From contig JAUZTB010000062.1 of the NCBI GenBank assembly GCA_034780895.1, positions 16,592,366-16,656,365 on the forward strand: 64,000 nucleotides of DNA, written 5' to 3'. This stretch comes from Rhynchobatus australiae. Lineage: Eukaryota. Below the pieces are notes generated by a model. That model was given only the letters and a program-made list of their open reading frames with translations. It made no database searches and had not been told where the DNA came from. Positions 27,940-40,776 of this stretch are shown here, piece by piece. How positions within the stretch are numbered: the first letter of the stretch is position 1; each line of letters begins with the position of its first letter. The position numbers and the translations under genes are program-made.

Positions 27940-28780
27940 TTATATATGAATGATTTGGATGAGATTGTCTGTGGTCTGATGCATTTGCTGATGATGCAGA
28001 CATTGGTGGAGTTGTAGGTAGTGAGGATGGTTGCCTAAGGATACAGCGGGACATAGATCAGCTAGAAAGCTGGGTGAAAAGATGGCAGATGGAATTGAAT
28101 TCACACTAGTATGGAGTAATGCATTTTGGGTCATCGAATTTTGGCAGGACATATACAGTAGCAGGAGGGACCTTAGAAGCATCGATGTATAGAGGGAACT
28201 TGGAGAGTTCATGGCTCCCTGAAAGTGGTGACACAGGTGTATTGGGTAGTGGAGAAAGCGTTAGGTTTGCTTGCCTTCAAAGATGAGTATTGAGTATCAT
28301 GTTGCAGCTTGGAAAATTGTGTGCAGTTCTGGTCACCACACTGTAGAAATGATGCGATAGTTCCAAAAAAAATTGGAGAGATTCAGCAGGATGTTGCCTG
28401 AAATGGCTGAAAGATTGGATAGACTGAGATTGTTTTCAGTGGAGTTCAAGAGGCTGAGGGGTGATCTCATGGAGGTTTCTAAAAGTTATGAGGGTCATAG
28501 ATAGGCTTGATAGTCTTTTTCCAAGGAGAGGGGAGTTTAAGACTGGAGGACAGAGGTTTAAGGTGAGAGAGGAAGCATTTGAAGGAGGCATGAGGGGCAA
28601 GCTGTCAGAGGAGGTAGTATGGGAAGGTTGCAATTACGACACTTAAAAAGCACTTGTCCAGGTACATGAATAGGAAAATAATAAGTTCATGCCAAATGCA
28701 GGAAAATGGGGCTGGCATTGACAAGCATCTCAGTTGCATGGACAAGTCGGCTGAAAAGCCTGTTTCTGTGCTCTGATGCT
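27940..28780 (+). mobile_element. CR1/HER1 LINE (RT end through 3' tail)
   Basis: YMNDLDE...FADDADIGGVV...IQRDIDQL...WQMELN...CVQFWSPH motifs with frameshifts, followed by a CR1-type tail. Confidence 0.85.
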
Positions 28781-28903
28781 AAGAACTTGCATAGAAATTC
28801 TTGTTGGATAGTTGAATTAAGAATTACCCCATTGTTCTTAATAATATCAGGAAAAAAATCAATTTATAATTTCTTTTAGATTTGTTTACAATATAATATA
28901 TTA

Positions 28904-29224
28904 CAGTAAAACTGTTAATCTGGCATACTCAGGACTTTGGTGCCAAACTGGCAGATTTGCCAGACTATTGTATATTACTCCTATTAATACTCCCAACATG
29001 CTCTTAATTCAATGTTTTTTAGATGATGTACAATAGTATAAATTTTCCAGTCAACAGCCTGCCAAATTTGAATGGGGCGGGGCATTTGCAGGCCCCATGA
29101 GTTTAAAGGGGGCATGGGAAGTGGGATCCCATCTGTACAGCGTGGGAATCGGTGCCTGATGAGCTTGATGCCAAATCATTGGGATTACCAAACAATGGGA
29201 TAAAGGATTATCAGAATTTTACTG
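28904..29224. mobile_element. Non-autonomous Tc1/mariner (pogo/Tigger-like) MITE
   Basis: Terminal inverted repeats CAGTAAAACTGTTAATC and GGATTATCAGAATTTTACTG, flanked by TA on both sides (28902-28903 and 29225-29226). Confidence 0.7.
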
Positions 29225-32200
29225 TAAAGTATTTCTTTGGAACATGAGCCTTTATTTTTTAAATGTTAACTACTTTCTCATTTTTCCTTTTTGGTATCCC
29301 CACATATATGCATTGTGCCTCATCCAAGGCACTGTATATATAAATTGCTTTTGTTGGCTACCTGATTGTGTTTCATAAATGGCTACAATTTGTCTTTCTC
29401 TTGCCCCACTTCTTATGTTAAAAGTGTCCAGTGCCAATGTTTAGTTCACGTGTTTATAAAATCAGTACCAGTAGTACTGGCACTGAAATATGCATCCCTT
29501 ACCCCACAGCCCAGATCTGGATCCAGACATGTGTCTTGTTCTTAGTCCTGTTGCTTCCAATTTAGCACTATGTGTCTCTTGCTACATCAGTACCAAATAA
29601 AGAACATCTTGCCTCATTATTGGTTATTGATATATTAAAAATCCTAAAATAATTCATAAGTCAACAACTTGCTAAAATAAGTCAACAACCTGCTAAATTT
29701 GAAAGGGGTGGGGCATTTGGGGGCCCCATGAGTTTAAAAGGGGCATGGGAACTGGTGAATTTTGATGACCAGCACCAGTCATATTGCTGGTGACTTTTTG
29801 TTTTAGTAATGGGTCAAATAGTATGTCTTTTTTGTGCTTCTGTATACCAAGTTGTGCTGATGTACTGGGTATATTTTTAAGAAAAAAAAAGTTATTGTAT
29901 AGTTAAACATACTTGATTATTTGTTTTTGTCTGCATTTAATGATCTGCATTTAATGACTTAAAAACAAATTAAGTACATCTCATTCGTGTGGAAAGTTGT
30001 TGAGAGTCCCATTAACCAAATATGAAAATTGGNNNNNNNNNNNNNNNNNNNNNNNNNNNNNNNNNNNNNNNNNNNNNNNNNNNNNNNNNNNNNNNNNNNN
30101 NNNNNNNNNNNNNNNNNNNNNNNNNNNNNNNNTGGTGGTCTTCACTGGAATTTGGATCCTTATTCAAGAAGTTAAGCAGACTTGCATGGGAAGTTTTGAC
30201 AACTGATTAGCCATTTGCTAGTACCTTCCCAATCATTGATGCCTTATTCGGCAGGTTTACTTTTGAAAAGTTACAAATATATTGTATTCATTACGCAAAC
30301 TCAGTTTCTCTGCAGCAAGAAACAGTACATTCATACTCTGAATTTAGTGTTTATGCTGAGAGATTTGGGAATCCCATTGTCATTAATTTGTATTATGTTA
30401 ATTGGGTGTCAAGGCCCAAAATGACTGAAATGAAATAAAACTACTATGTACAAAGCACAATGTTCTCCTTTGCTCTGGTATTTATGGAACTTGATTACAG
30501 ATTCAGCTATCCTCGCACTACTTTGATGCAAATGGTAATTTAGCAAATACTCTGTCTTTCAGCCAATTACATTTTCTATCTGCTGGTGGTAATATTATAA
30601 AGCAGAGCTCTAAAAGAAATATTAAAATAAGAGAAGCTTTTGTAAAGATTTTTTTGAAACTTTTTTTTATTTTTTGCATAAACAGTTTGGGGTTTTGACA
30701 CCCAATGTCTTTAACACATTTTCTGCATTACACTCTATGGATTCATTCACTAATGGTATTAACTTTGCCAAGCCCACAGCAATGGAAATGTTTTTCCTTT
30801 CAATGAGTTTGGAATGCTGTTTTCTAACCAACAAGATTGAATATATACTTTAATGCATGTTTTGCATTAGAACTAACCGAAGGAGCTGATGAAAGCACAA
30901 GAATAATTGTTGACAGCTTTAATCATGAGGTAGTTTGTTCCAGGATGGAAATTCCTGTTTATCAAAAATGAAAAGAAATATTTGTTTAAATTGTTTTAAG
31001 CTTATAGTGATACATGTCTCTTAAAGACCTGTATGATACAGTTTTTTAAATTTGTTGTTGCATAAGACAAGACTTCTAACTATAGGTTGAATTTTAATTT
31101 GCCTATTACTATAACATATTTGGATGTTATGGGTTTGGCTTTCCTAAAAGAAGGAATATTTAATTGTCAAGGCAACTTTGCTTACAATAAAGCAGTGTCT
31201 TTGTGCACATTTCTAGACAAGACCTTTACGTTAGGAAATGGACTAAAATTATTTTTTTAAAAAGTGCATTGTATAATACTATACGTTGTACAAAACTATC
31301 TGCAGAAGTAATTTTCTAATACTTGGTAAGTGGACTTGGATAGTAGAGTTATAACTGGTCAGTGCACACGCTATGATGCTGGTCTGTGCCATGATTCTTC
31401 AAAAGTGGTGTTCCTGTGATTAAATCATCTTGTCAGCAAGACGAGAGCAGCAGGAAAGTCCTCCTTCCTGGCAGCTGTTTAAAGGATAATGTTCTCCTGA
31501 TAACAAGTGATTTTCTTGCAGAGCAGAACAATTTTCAACATTAGAAATCAGCAGTGCAGTATTTTGAGAATAAACTGGAACTTGTTTATTTCCTTCAGTG
31601 TGCTAACATCAACAGGTCGTAGGATGGTCACGGTAGATAAAGTGTTGATAATCCCTATCCTTTGACCCAAATTCTTGGGTGTATGTGCAAAGGCAAACCT
31701 TTAACAAACAACAAAACCTGTCTCTGAAACTGTCAGAAGTGGAATGAACTCCCTAGTGGTAGGTTGTGCTATGGTCCATTAGCCTGGTTTCTACTACACG
31801 TGTGGTCTGTAATGCTTATGAGCAAATGAACTATCAGGAAATAGAAAACCATTTGTCTTCCAATTTATGATTGCCAACCAATCAAAGCAAAATTGGAATT
31901 TGTGTTTCCGAAAACCAGCAGGCACAAAAAAACTTTGCTTTTTGAACACATCTGTCCCGTGAAAGATGCACAGAAGAGTACAAGTTTAGAATTAGTCTGT
32001 TAGCATTAAGTATTGTTTAATTCTGTTCTAAATATTTAATAATAGAAATTCATGAAAATATTTTGGGCAGTTTTCAGCAGCAAAGAACATTCAATATTCC
32101 AATAAAGTTAAATATGACACAGCTCCAGACATAATATTTCAGGTATTTTTTTCGCATACCCATTCTTGTAGTGGTGTACAATGCCACCTATAGTTCATTT

Positions 32201-32877
32201 TTAGGGACTGTTAGTTGAGAGACTGAATGAAATTTTCTAGTTATTCATGTGTTAATTAAATATTTTGATTGTGGAAAAAAACATTGCATCATGCAGTTAT
32301 ATGAGCTTTTCATCTTATTCATTTGTGATCCTAATTTTTTTCAAAGTTATTAATTAGAGCAGTTTCAGACCCAGTATCTTAATATTTTAACACTATGTTT
32401 GGATCTATGTGCTCAGCTCAATAATGACTGCTAACTTCATGAAAGCCAGTGGAACATGGTCCACATAGTATTTTATAGCTGAAGTAATCCTTTTGTAAAG
32501 AAAAATAAAAGGAATGCACACATTCTAATGTGTATATTGAATTGGGTTGAAAAAAATAATTCAGCTAAGCTGTCTAGAACTAATTTAAGTCCAGTGGTGA
32601 AATTTTAAAGGAGTGATTTCTGTAGGGTCACTTATGGACAATTTGAGGATTAAAACCTCAATCAAATTGAATGTAATTATGCTGCTGCAGATATAAGGAA
32701 ACTTGAATAAAGAGAATGTAAAATCATTGAAGTTATCTAAGCATTGCCTAAATTTGTTTAATTTGGCTGCTAAATATATGCTTGCTAAGTATTAGTCAGT
32801 TTGGCAATAATTGTTCAAGTCACTAAGAGTTTTTGAATGTGAAATAATGACTTATTTTTGGATTTCTGTATTTTTAG

Positions 32878-33033
32878 CTCAAAACATTGTGATTAAGGAA
32901 CCAAATGATGATAGAGACCGTCCAAAATTAGAGAAAGATGTTGTAGAGCAACCTCAGATAAAGGTCCCAATGGAGCCACATGAAGATAGAAATAACAAGG
33001 GCGAGGAAGTCCAGCTGGATCGCCCTGACCAAG
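32878..33033 (+). CDS. SLC38A10: SLC38A10 coding exon (start of the long C-terminal tail)
   Basis: TTTTTAG acceptor and G|GTACAG donor, phase 1/1. AQNIVIKEP...EQPQIKVP...EEVQLDRPDQ matches recalled human AQDPVV...EQAQIKGP...EEAQLDRPGQ. Confidence 0.92.
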
Positions 33034-33651
33034 GTACAGCTAGGTGTTTCCATGTGGAAATTCACTTTGAACGGGACTTGAAGATTTTATTTATGAGCTG
33101 ATTGCTTGGACCTGCCCTCTGGCATCATACGTTTTTTTAAATTCTGTTTTTGTTCCAAACATTGTGCTAAAACTTAATTTTCTTGTGTCGAGGAGGAAAA
33201 CTGGAGGGGTTTAATTTCTTTGTTTTTCTTTTCCTTTTTATTTTGCAAGGCAGTTTCTGTTTTTTTTCTCTGTTGCACAGGTTAACCCTTGGAAATTTGC
33301 AAAAAGTGGCTTATCTCCCCTCCAGCTTTCCTCCTCCATGTAGAGAAATGCCAAGCTATGGAAGCTCCAGAGTGACTGCAATATTGCATCCATCCCACAG
33401 TCATTTTAAAAGTGAGACTAACTTTAAGGGATTGCTTCAGGATAAAAGTCCATAACCTACTAAAAGAGAATGTCTTCCAAAGATGTACAGGTTTGGAAGT
33501 TGTGGGCTTGCTCTGTTGGCACCAGAAGTGTGGTGACCAGAACACTCTAAGTGACAGCTACTTAAAAAAATTGAAAAATTACCAGGTGATATTGTGTGAT
33601 TCTGAAGAATTTGTAGTATTTGCATACAGCTTTTTACTTTCTTCTTTTCAG

Positions 33652-34125
33652 GGGTTGCTCATCCTGTCGGAGAAGCTCATCGACATGAACCACCCAACCC
33701 TCACGACGAGGTTATTGTAGATGAAGGTATGGATGGTGATGAATCAAACGAAAAGAAGCTACTAGTGATGAAAGCTGAGCAGGCAAATAATGTAAAGCAG
33801 GAAGCCAACATTAATATTAAAGAAAAAGAGGTAAAAGAATCAAAAGAGGAAGCGAAAGTTAATCCTGTAGTAAAAGAACAGGGTGAAAAAATTGGAAATG
33901 ACATCAATAATCCTGGAAATGCTCCAGAAGTTAAATCAGAGCAAAAGGAACAGCCAGCCAAGATGGAAGTGGAAATGAATGCAAAAGGTGCAGTGCCTCA
34001 AGCAGGCGTAGAAATACATCAACAAAAGATGGATAAACATGGCAAAATTCCTGGAAAAGATGATTCTGTGATTCATAATCAAGAAGGAATGGTAGAAAAC
34101 ATGAACAACAAAGATGTTAAAAATG
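33652..34125 (+). CDS. SLC38A10: SLC38A10 coding exon
   Basis: CTTTTCAG acceptor and G|GTAAG donor. Begins [26 protein letters not shown] (human [26 protein letters not shown]) and stays in frame. Confidence 0.93.
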
Positions 34126-35959
34126 GTAAGCTGCATCTGGTCAGATCCATCTTAAACTTTGGCAGGTTACTGCATTAGTTCCTGTAGACAATGTAAATTG
34201 TAGCCACAGTGCACTAAAGGGTAAGGATGGACTGCTTATCAAATTCATTGGCAGAAGCATTGATCAGGTGATCTGCTTTGTCTGGAATGCTGCTTAACAA
34301 TTTTTCTTATGTTTGCAACCAGCATAGAAGTGCAGAACTTGCCATCACACTTCTAAGTCATGTATATTTGTAGGAAAAGTTGTTGAGTAGACTCGGAAGA
34401 ATCAAGTGGTGAGCTACTCATCCCAAAGAGTGTAACATCTGCATTGTTGCTTTAGCCATGATATTAATATGGCTTGTAATTCAACTGGCTTCTGATTACC
34501 AGTGACCTTTCACTCCTCTCATCATATCCACCCACACATCCCAAATTTAATTGTAGGGATTTGGCAGCGGTTGTGTGGTTTCCACCTCCTTTCTCCTCGC
34601 TACCATTCAGTTGATTTGCCAATTTATGAAAAGCTGGGAGAGACTAAGTGATGTAAAAAAAGAATTGCAGAAATCTATCTGTTGAGCTTCAGTTTTCCTG
34701 TTTGGATAGTTCAATTGAATTAATCCATTCATCTAATTGTTTCCTGCAGAAATTGGACATTTCCTCAATGACTGCTGACGCTTATTTTGGCCAAAAATAT
34801 TTTAATATTAGTTGGCCTGTTCACAAAAATGGTTTTGCATTTTAATTTGCTGACTTAAATTTCTTCAATGCTGCTAACATCAGCAAAGCTGCACTCTTTA
34901 AGACCTGATTAATCTCCCTGTGGTCAGGGCAGAAACTGAAGTGAAGTTGGGGATAATAATAAAATGTAACCAGCACCTATGCAGATAATGCTGTGACACT
35001 TATTAATGGGTTATCTCTGTCGTTTTAGTGGTAAGGCAGTCTTATTTCTTCTTTAGAACATTCTGTACATTACTCGTATATTTTGAGCCGGTCACCTGTT
35101 GAGGTCGTCATCAATCAATTTACAGGTCAAACAGCACAGAACCATTTTCTGTATTTCCATCTGTTCCGCTGAAACTGTAATGATTGCCTTTCAGTGAAAA
35201 GACTTCTTGTCAACAGGTGCAGTGCCTGGTAGTGTAATACCTAGCCCTTTGTGAGTACACTGTGGGAGAGTTACCAATATTCATTGACCGGCTGTCCACT
35301 GACAACAAGCTAGAACTACAGGTTAAATGAAATGCACAACTAAAACTTACAGATTGGGTTTAGCTCTATTTGAGGAGAATTTCATTGAATTTACTAAAGG
35401 CATTGAAGCCCTCTAGTGTCACAAAAACATGATTGCAATTACTGAACAAAGCAAATAACAGAAAAACACTGGTCTGGATTTCATGGAAATGCCATTTCCC
35501 TGCTTAAATGCCACAAAGTATGGGACTTATGGGTGAATTTTGAAGTCCTAAATTTGTGGATGGTTCCTTCCCAGCCATTGTAAGTTGTCCTCATGGAATC
35601 TAGCAAGGAACATACATTTGTGAAGTTTCCCAGCACTCGCACTGGGGAAACTGCTGACTCAACCTTTGCCAAATTGCACTTGGCACAGGAACAGCAGTGC
35701 CTCTCATTTCATTGGAGAGGAACAGCTGTGAGGGTTATTGGGTAGTATTTTTTGAACATGTTGAGGTTTTAGTTTCATTTGTTTTTAAGTTTTGATTGTT
35801 AAATGTTTCAGAGTATCAGAGACATTTCTAAATGTGCAAAGTCTTCAACAGGTTTTGCAGCCAGGTAGTTCAACAGTTGGGTGTAGCCTATTGTCAAGGT
35901 TATTTGTCAAACACTTTCATGAGTTTTAGGTCCTTGTTCTCTGTGCAATAGTATTTTGC

Positions 35960-36110
35960 ATACAAAAACATAAAATTCTGGAAAATCTGGTTGTTGGTCT
36001 GACAAAAGGTCACAGACCTGAATGTTGACTGTTTCTCTTTCCATGGACACAGCATGATTTGCTGGATTTATCCAGCATTTTCTGTCTTTGATTGCCAGCT
36101 TCAGCATTTT
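35960..36110 (+). repeat. Palindromic Penelope-derived repeat with a decayed hammerhead-like core
   Basis: Inverted ends (AAAACATAAAATTCTGGAAAATC and GATTTATCCAGCATTTTCTGTCTTT) around CTGACAAAAGGTCACAGACCTGAATGTTGAC. Confidence 0.55.
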
Positions 36111-36312
36111 TTTGATTTAGCATTTTGCACACACAACCATGGACAGCTGGCTGCTGTTAGCAAATTCTGTGCATTTTTAACTAAATTTATGTTGTAGTTT
36201 AGTACACACCCAGTGTTTTATTCTTCGGCATTTGTATGTAACATAGTTATAAAGAATTTTTTGTTTTCCCATTTTTTCTTCCCAACCTTGCATCGTACTC
36301 CTCCCCATAAAG

Positions 36313-36441
36313 GCAACAAGAAGGATTTGCCATCTTTGGAAAAGGTTGATGCAGCTGGAGAATCACAGTTACGCATCAGAGATGAGAGAGACAATGAAAA
36401 TGCAATTGTAGAAGGAAAACAAGATGGAGAAGTAGCAGAGG
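36313..36441 (+). CDS. SLC38A10: SLC38A10 coding exon (poorly conserved acidic linker)
   Basis: Long pyrimidine tract, AAG acceptor and G|GTGAGT donor; 129 bp, phase 1/1. Open frame GNKKDLPSLEK...GEVAE has the same composition as the flanking exons. Confidence 0.8.
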
Positions 36442-38555
36442 GTGAGTGGTGACAGGAAGTATACTGAGCTGTAAAGCTCTTGGAAAGCTTTCGGTTCAAA
36501 GCAAATACCACTTTAAGCATTTCATTGGCCAGTGTCTTTGACATTAAAATCTATAACTGCACAGCCATTTTAAGGTTTTGAAATACTCTATGGTACAAAT
36601 GCAATATTTTTCCCCTCAGTCCTTTGTATATTCTCTTGCCGCCTTTAGCCTTATCACTGTCTCCTCTCCTCTCTCTCGCACACCTCTGATTCACCAACTT
36701 TTTAACTTTTTTTAGAGTTAATTTTTCTGCTTCTTTTAAAACCTCTCCCACAACATCATAAATTGCTAAAGTTTATTGCTGCAAAGAAAATTGTGACTTC
36801 TAAAAAATGCTGGTCTATAGTGATTTTACTTGCCCAGTAAACAGAATGCACCATGCTGATCAATGCAGTACGTAGCTTTCTCCTTTTATGATTCATAACT
36901 CAACAGATCAGATTAAGAAATAAAACTGCAAAGCTTTGTGGTCTGAAGGTTGTACTCAGCAGAATTTACATATTAAATTATTTTGCACATTCAGTCATTT
37001 ATCTCTCCAGTTTTATTCCCCACCTCGTTATCCAATTTAAAATATTGAAAACCAGTTAGCAGTTAGATGACATTTCTTTCCTCCTTGTGGATCAACATCT
37101 GTAGTTTGCTCATTGTGAAAATGGGGAATTATAACATGGTCCCACTTCCTACCACACTTTGGAAACTGAAATTTTGATGAAATCTGTATTGCTATATTTA
37201 TGGACCTTGAATTAAATTCAAGTTTCTACATCAATCAATATGTTGATGTTTCTCCACCATTGGAACTCCAACTCTCAAAAAAAAGTACAATAAAAGTGCC
37301 TTTGTAGTAATCTATAAAAGAAGGGTACTGGAAAATAAGATGGAGGATTTTGTATTTCAAAACTATGGAGTTTTGGTCAAACCCCATCAGAAGTACCATA
37401 TTCATTTTTAAGTACCATCTTTTAGAAAAGCTTTATTCTTGGGCATTTGGCACCAGAAGATAAGAAATGTATTGGAGTTTAGAAGGTTGAATTGTGAGGA
37501 TAATTGCATAAACTTGACTGGTAGTCCCTTGAGTTTGAGTCATTGAGTGAACTGATGAAGGTGCATAAAATGTGAAAAGGGATGGATGAGGTTGACGCAA
37601 GGAAACAATTTCCTCAGCAGGTGGGGTTGGGTGAGGAGAAGTCAAGAACATCAGGCTATGAACTTAGAGCTAGGTCATGTAGTGTTAAGCTAGAGTGAAA
37701 TTAGGGAGTATTTTTCTNNNNNNNNNNNNNNNNNNNNNNNNNNNNNNNNNNNNNNNNNNNNNNNNNNNNNNNNNNNNNNNNNNNNNNNNNNNNNNNNNNN
37801 NNNNNNNNNNNNNNNNNATATGGACGATCATCTCATCCTCATCGCAGCTGTCCCAAGAGCAGTATGTGTGGGAGTGAGACTCTGTGCAGGGAGGATCTTC
37901 TGGGGAGGGCCCCTCTCCCTGCCAGCCAAGCAAGGTCTTGGAGCTTGTTGGTGAGTTCTGGTAATGAAGTATTCTGTCAAATGGTTTTGACAGTGTGCTC
38001 AGGATCCCACAGGATCTATTGTGTCCTTCTCCCTCTGTGCTGACTACTGGCTGATGGATGTGGGCAAAGAAGGTTTTCTGTACAAACCTTACTATGAAGG
38101 ACAGCTAGTGCAACATAGTCCAACTGAATGGAACATTGCATGGCAACGAGGTCAGGCCTATCCTTCAGAACACTGGGGACAGGTATTGGCGTACTTGGTT
38201 CTTTACACAGCCACACACAAAGGTGCACAGGACAGGGGCGCTGTTGGGTACGTTTTTCCCCTCATTCCCTGGAGACTTGTGCATCATGACCCATTGGATT
38301 CTCTCCATCTTGGACCCCAGATGAAACGGAAGATAACTCAGATCACTGTCACAGCACTGGTCTTCATATGGAATCCAGGGTCTAGAAAACCTTCAGCACC
38401 TTAAACTGATGGTGTGCTATGCACTGCATCCTTTTTATGCCAGTGCCAAGCCACCTCATAACCCACCATCTCCACAACAATGTTCTATTGTGCACAAAGC
38501 CCAAGGAATTAACTTATTACAAAGGCCTCACACACACAAAACACCTATCTCCATT

Positions 38556-38691
38556 AAGACACAAGAAATTCTGCAGATGCTGGAATCTGGAGCAATACAC
38601 AAAAAGTGCTGGGGGGAACTCAACGGGTCAGGCAGCATCCGTGGAAGGAAATAAACAGTTGATGTTTTGGGCCGAGATCCTTCATCAGGAC
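38556..38691 (-). repeat. Penelope-derived short repeat carrying a hammerhead-like motif on the minus strand
   Basis: CTGCAGATGCTGGAATCTGGAGCAA...GGGTCAGGCAGCATC on the + strand. The minus strand reads GTCCTGATGAAGGATCTCGGCCCAAAACATCAAC. Same family as the copies at 56662 and 57770. Confidence 0.65.
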
Positions 38692-38929
38692 CCACTAGTT
38701 CTGCTGGGTTATGGATCGTGGTGGGGTGGGGTTGCTGTGTGGAGCAATTTGAGAGGCTCCAGGGAGGTGTGGCTGGGGAGGGTTGGACATCGAGTCAGTG
38801 AGGGGGAGAGGTCAGGATCAAGGATTAGCGTAGGGATGTCAGAGAAATGAATGAGTGACCCAAATTATACTAGTGGTGGGTTTGGAGATAGGGCTGGTGG
38901 TGGTACAATGAAAACAAATAGAAAAATCT

Positions 38930-39552
38930 GAAAGGCTCGCTCCCGACGAGCACAATCTTTGAGACGGCTGCAGTGAGGATGAGACAATTGTCCACCTCCT
39001 CGTGGACTGTGCATTTGCAAAGAATGTCTGGAAAAGGATGAATGGGTCCTTGTCGAGATACATACCAAACAGTTGTGTAACAGGGGACTCTCTGAGCTAT
39101 GGGCTGTTCCCAGGGCCACATACCGAGATAAATATCAAACGCTACTGGAAAATCATCAACTCAGTAAAAGACGCACTTTGGTCTGCCTGAAACATTGCTC
39201 TTCCAACATAGTGAGATGTCTGTAGGGGAATGCTGCTGACTGGCACATTCCAGGCTGCAGGAGTACGTGCTGAGGGATGCACTGAGGCTCGGTGCAGCCA
39301 ATGCAAAGGCTCTGTGGGGAAGGATTACCATCTATGGTCCTGCCAGCACTGGGCACTAAGGCGTTGGTCTTGTGTATCAGCCTTGCAAAGACTTGAAGGG
39401 TGTATTGTTCAAAGAGACCACGCGAGTGGCATTGGTGCTTTGCACATAGAAGGTATCAACTTGACGACGCTATAAATGTAAGGAAAGCCATGCACAGGGG
39501 TTTTGTATTTCTTGTATACATTTCTATGAATAAAGTTTATTTTTGAAAAAAA
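38930..39552 (+). mobile_element. L1/Tx1-clade LINE 3' end with a zf-RVT-like CCHC region and short poly(A)
   Basis: DGCSEDETIVHLLVDCAFAKNVWKRM...WKIINSVKDALWSA*, then AATAAA at 39529-39534 and an A-run at 39546-39552. Confidence 0.8.
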
Positions 39553-40289
39553 TGTACACCACATAATTTTTCATAATTAAGATCAAAATATGCATTGCAT
39601 GGTTTTGATGTCAATATGCAGATCCATCAGTCTCCATCTGTATGCGTGTCATACGCACGAGGACCAAGAGCTAATTTAGAAAACTGCACAAAGGATCTGA
39701 CTGGTTGTAGCAGTCAAGGTTCAGATTAAATTCCTTCACAAAACACAGAATTGTTCAATTAATAGCTTTAGGCCCAGAACTATACATTATATTCCCATCT
39801 AACCAGGGTTCCATGCTACTTTCGTTCAATATCTTAACTTTTCAGTTCTATCTCTCCCAACATACATTGCAATTGTTTTGCTTTTATCAGCTTGTGTCAC
39901 TATTTTTAACTGTTTATCAAGAAATACCCGTACATTTGTTCTTTTTGACTCATATTCACTGAGAACGTTGTGGTCTGGTCATTTCTCTTACCAAAATTCA
40001 TCCTCACCCTTCTCTGCTGTTAAGTTCCTGTTCCATATTCACCTTCCTGAGTTGTTGACAGACAGTACTAGACAGCTGAGCTGGTGGATGGTTCTGGCTG
40101 TGATTATTTGGGGTTAAGTTGTAGGCTGCCTGATGCATTAGTGGGTGAAAACATCACCTCTTGTTGTAATGAATTGTCAGTCTGCGCTGAGTGAAATGGG
40201 CTGAGTCAAAACACCAGTTTAATGTGCCACACTTAATCTCAGCAATCACAAAGTGTCAAACAAAATTGCATTTCAGAATGGTATCAGGT

Positions 40290-40670
40290 TTAGAAGGTTA
40301 AACTAGGAGGATACTTTGCTTGAATCCTCTTGAGTATAAAGTATCGATGGGTGATCTGATGACAGTTTTATGATGTTAAAAGGATTTGATTAGATCAATA
40401 GAGGGAAACTATTCCCTCTGGTGGTCAAGTCCAGAACAAAGTGGAAGAAAATTATAGTGGGAGGCAACTTGGGAATGAACTCAGGAGGCAATTTTTAGGA
40501 CAACAGAAATCTTGAACCCGCTCCCCCAAAAAGACAAGGATGGAGCTTTCAAGCCTGAGAGGCATAGATTTTGTTTGGTAAAGGTATCAAAAGCTGACCA
40601 ACTGAGGCTTAACTGCCAGTCAGTCATGCTCTGATTAAATGGTATGAATGACTGAAAGGGATACTTTTGT
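40290..40670 (+). mobile_element. Old CR1 LINE 3' fragment
   Basis: GGTGATCTGATGACAGTT...AAAGGATTTGAT...GAAACTATTCCCTCTGG...TCCAGAACAA, a typical CR1 ORF2 end. Confidence 0.65.
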
Positions 40671-40776
40671 TCTCAAAATTAATCCAAAGACTGTAATCAT
40701 GTGGATCTAAACATTTAGAGCAATGTAGCTTTGTTGAAAAATATTAATTTCATCTTTACTTTTTTTCCTCATGCAG

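Noticed and set aside
30133-30206. Hydrophobic VVFTGIWILIQ after a gap, as a possible SLC38A10 last-transmembrane exon
   Set aside because: It does not match the expected VVLWVGLGVLVVST pattern, and it lacks a suitable donor before the stop.
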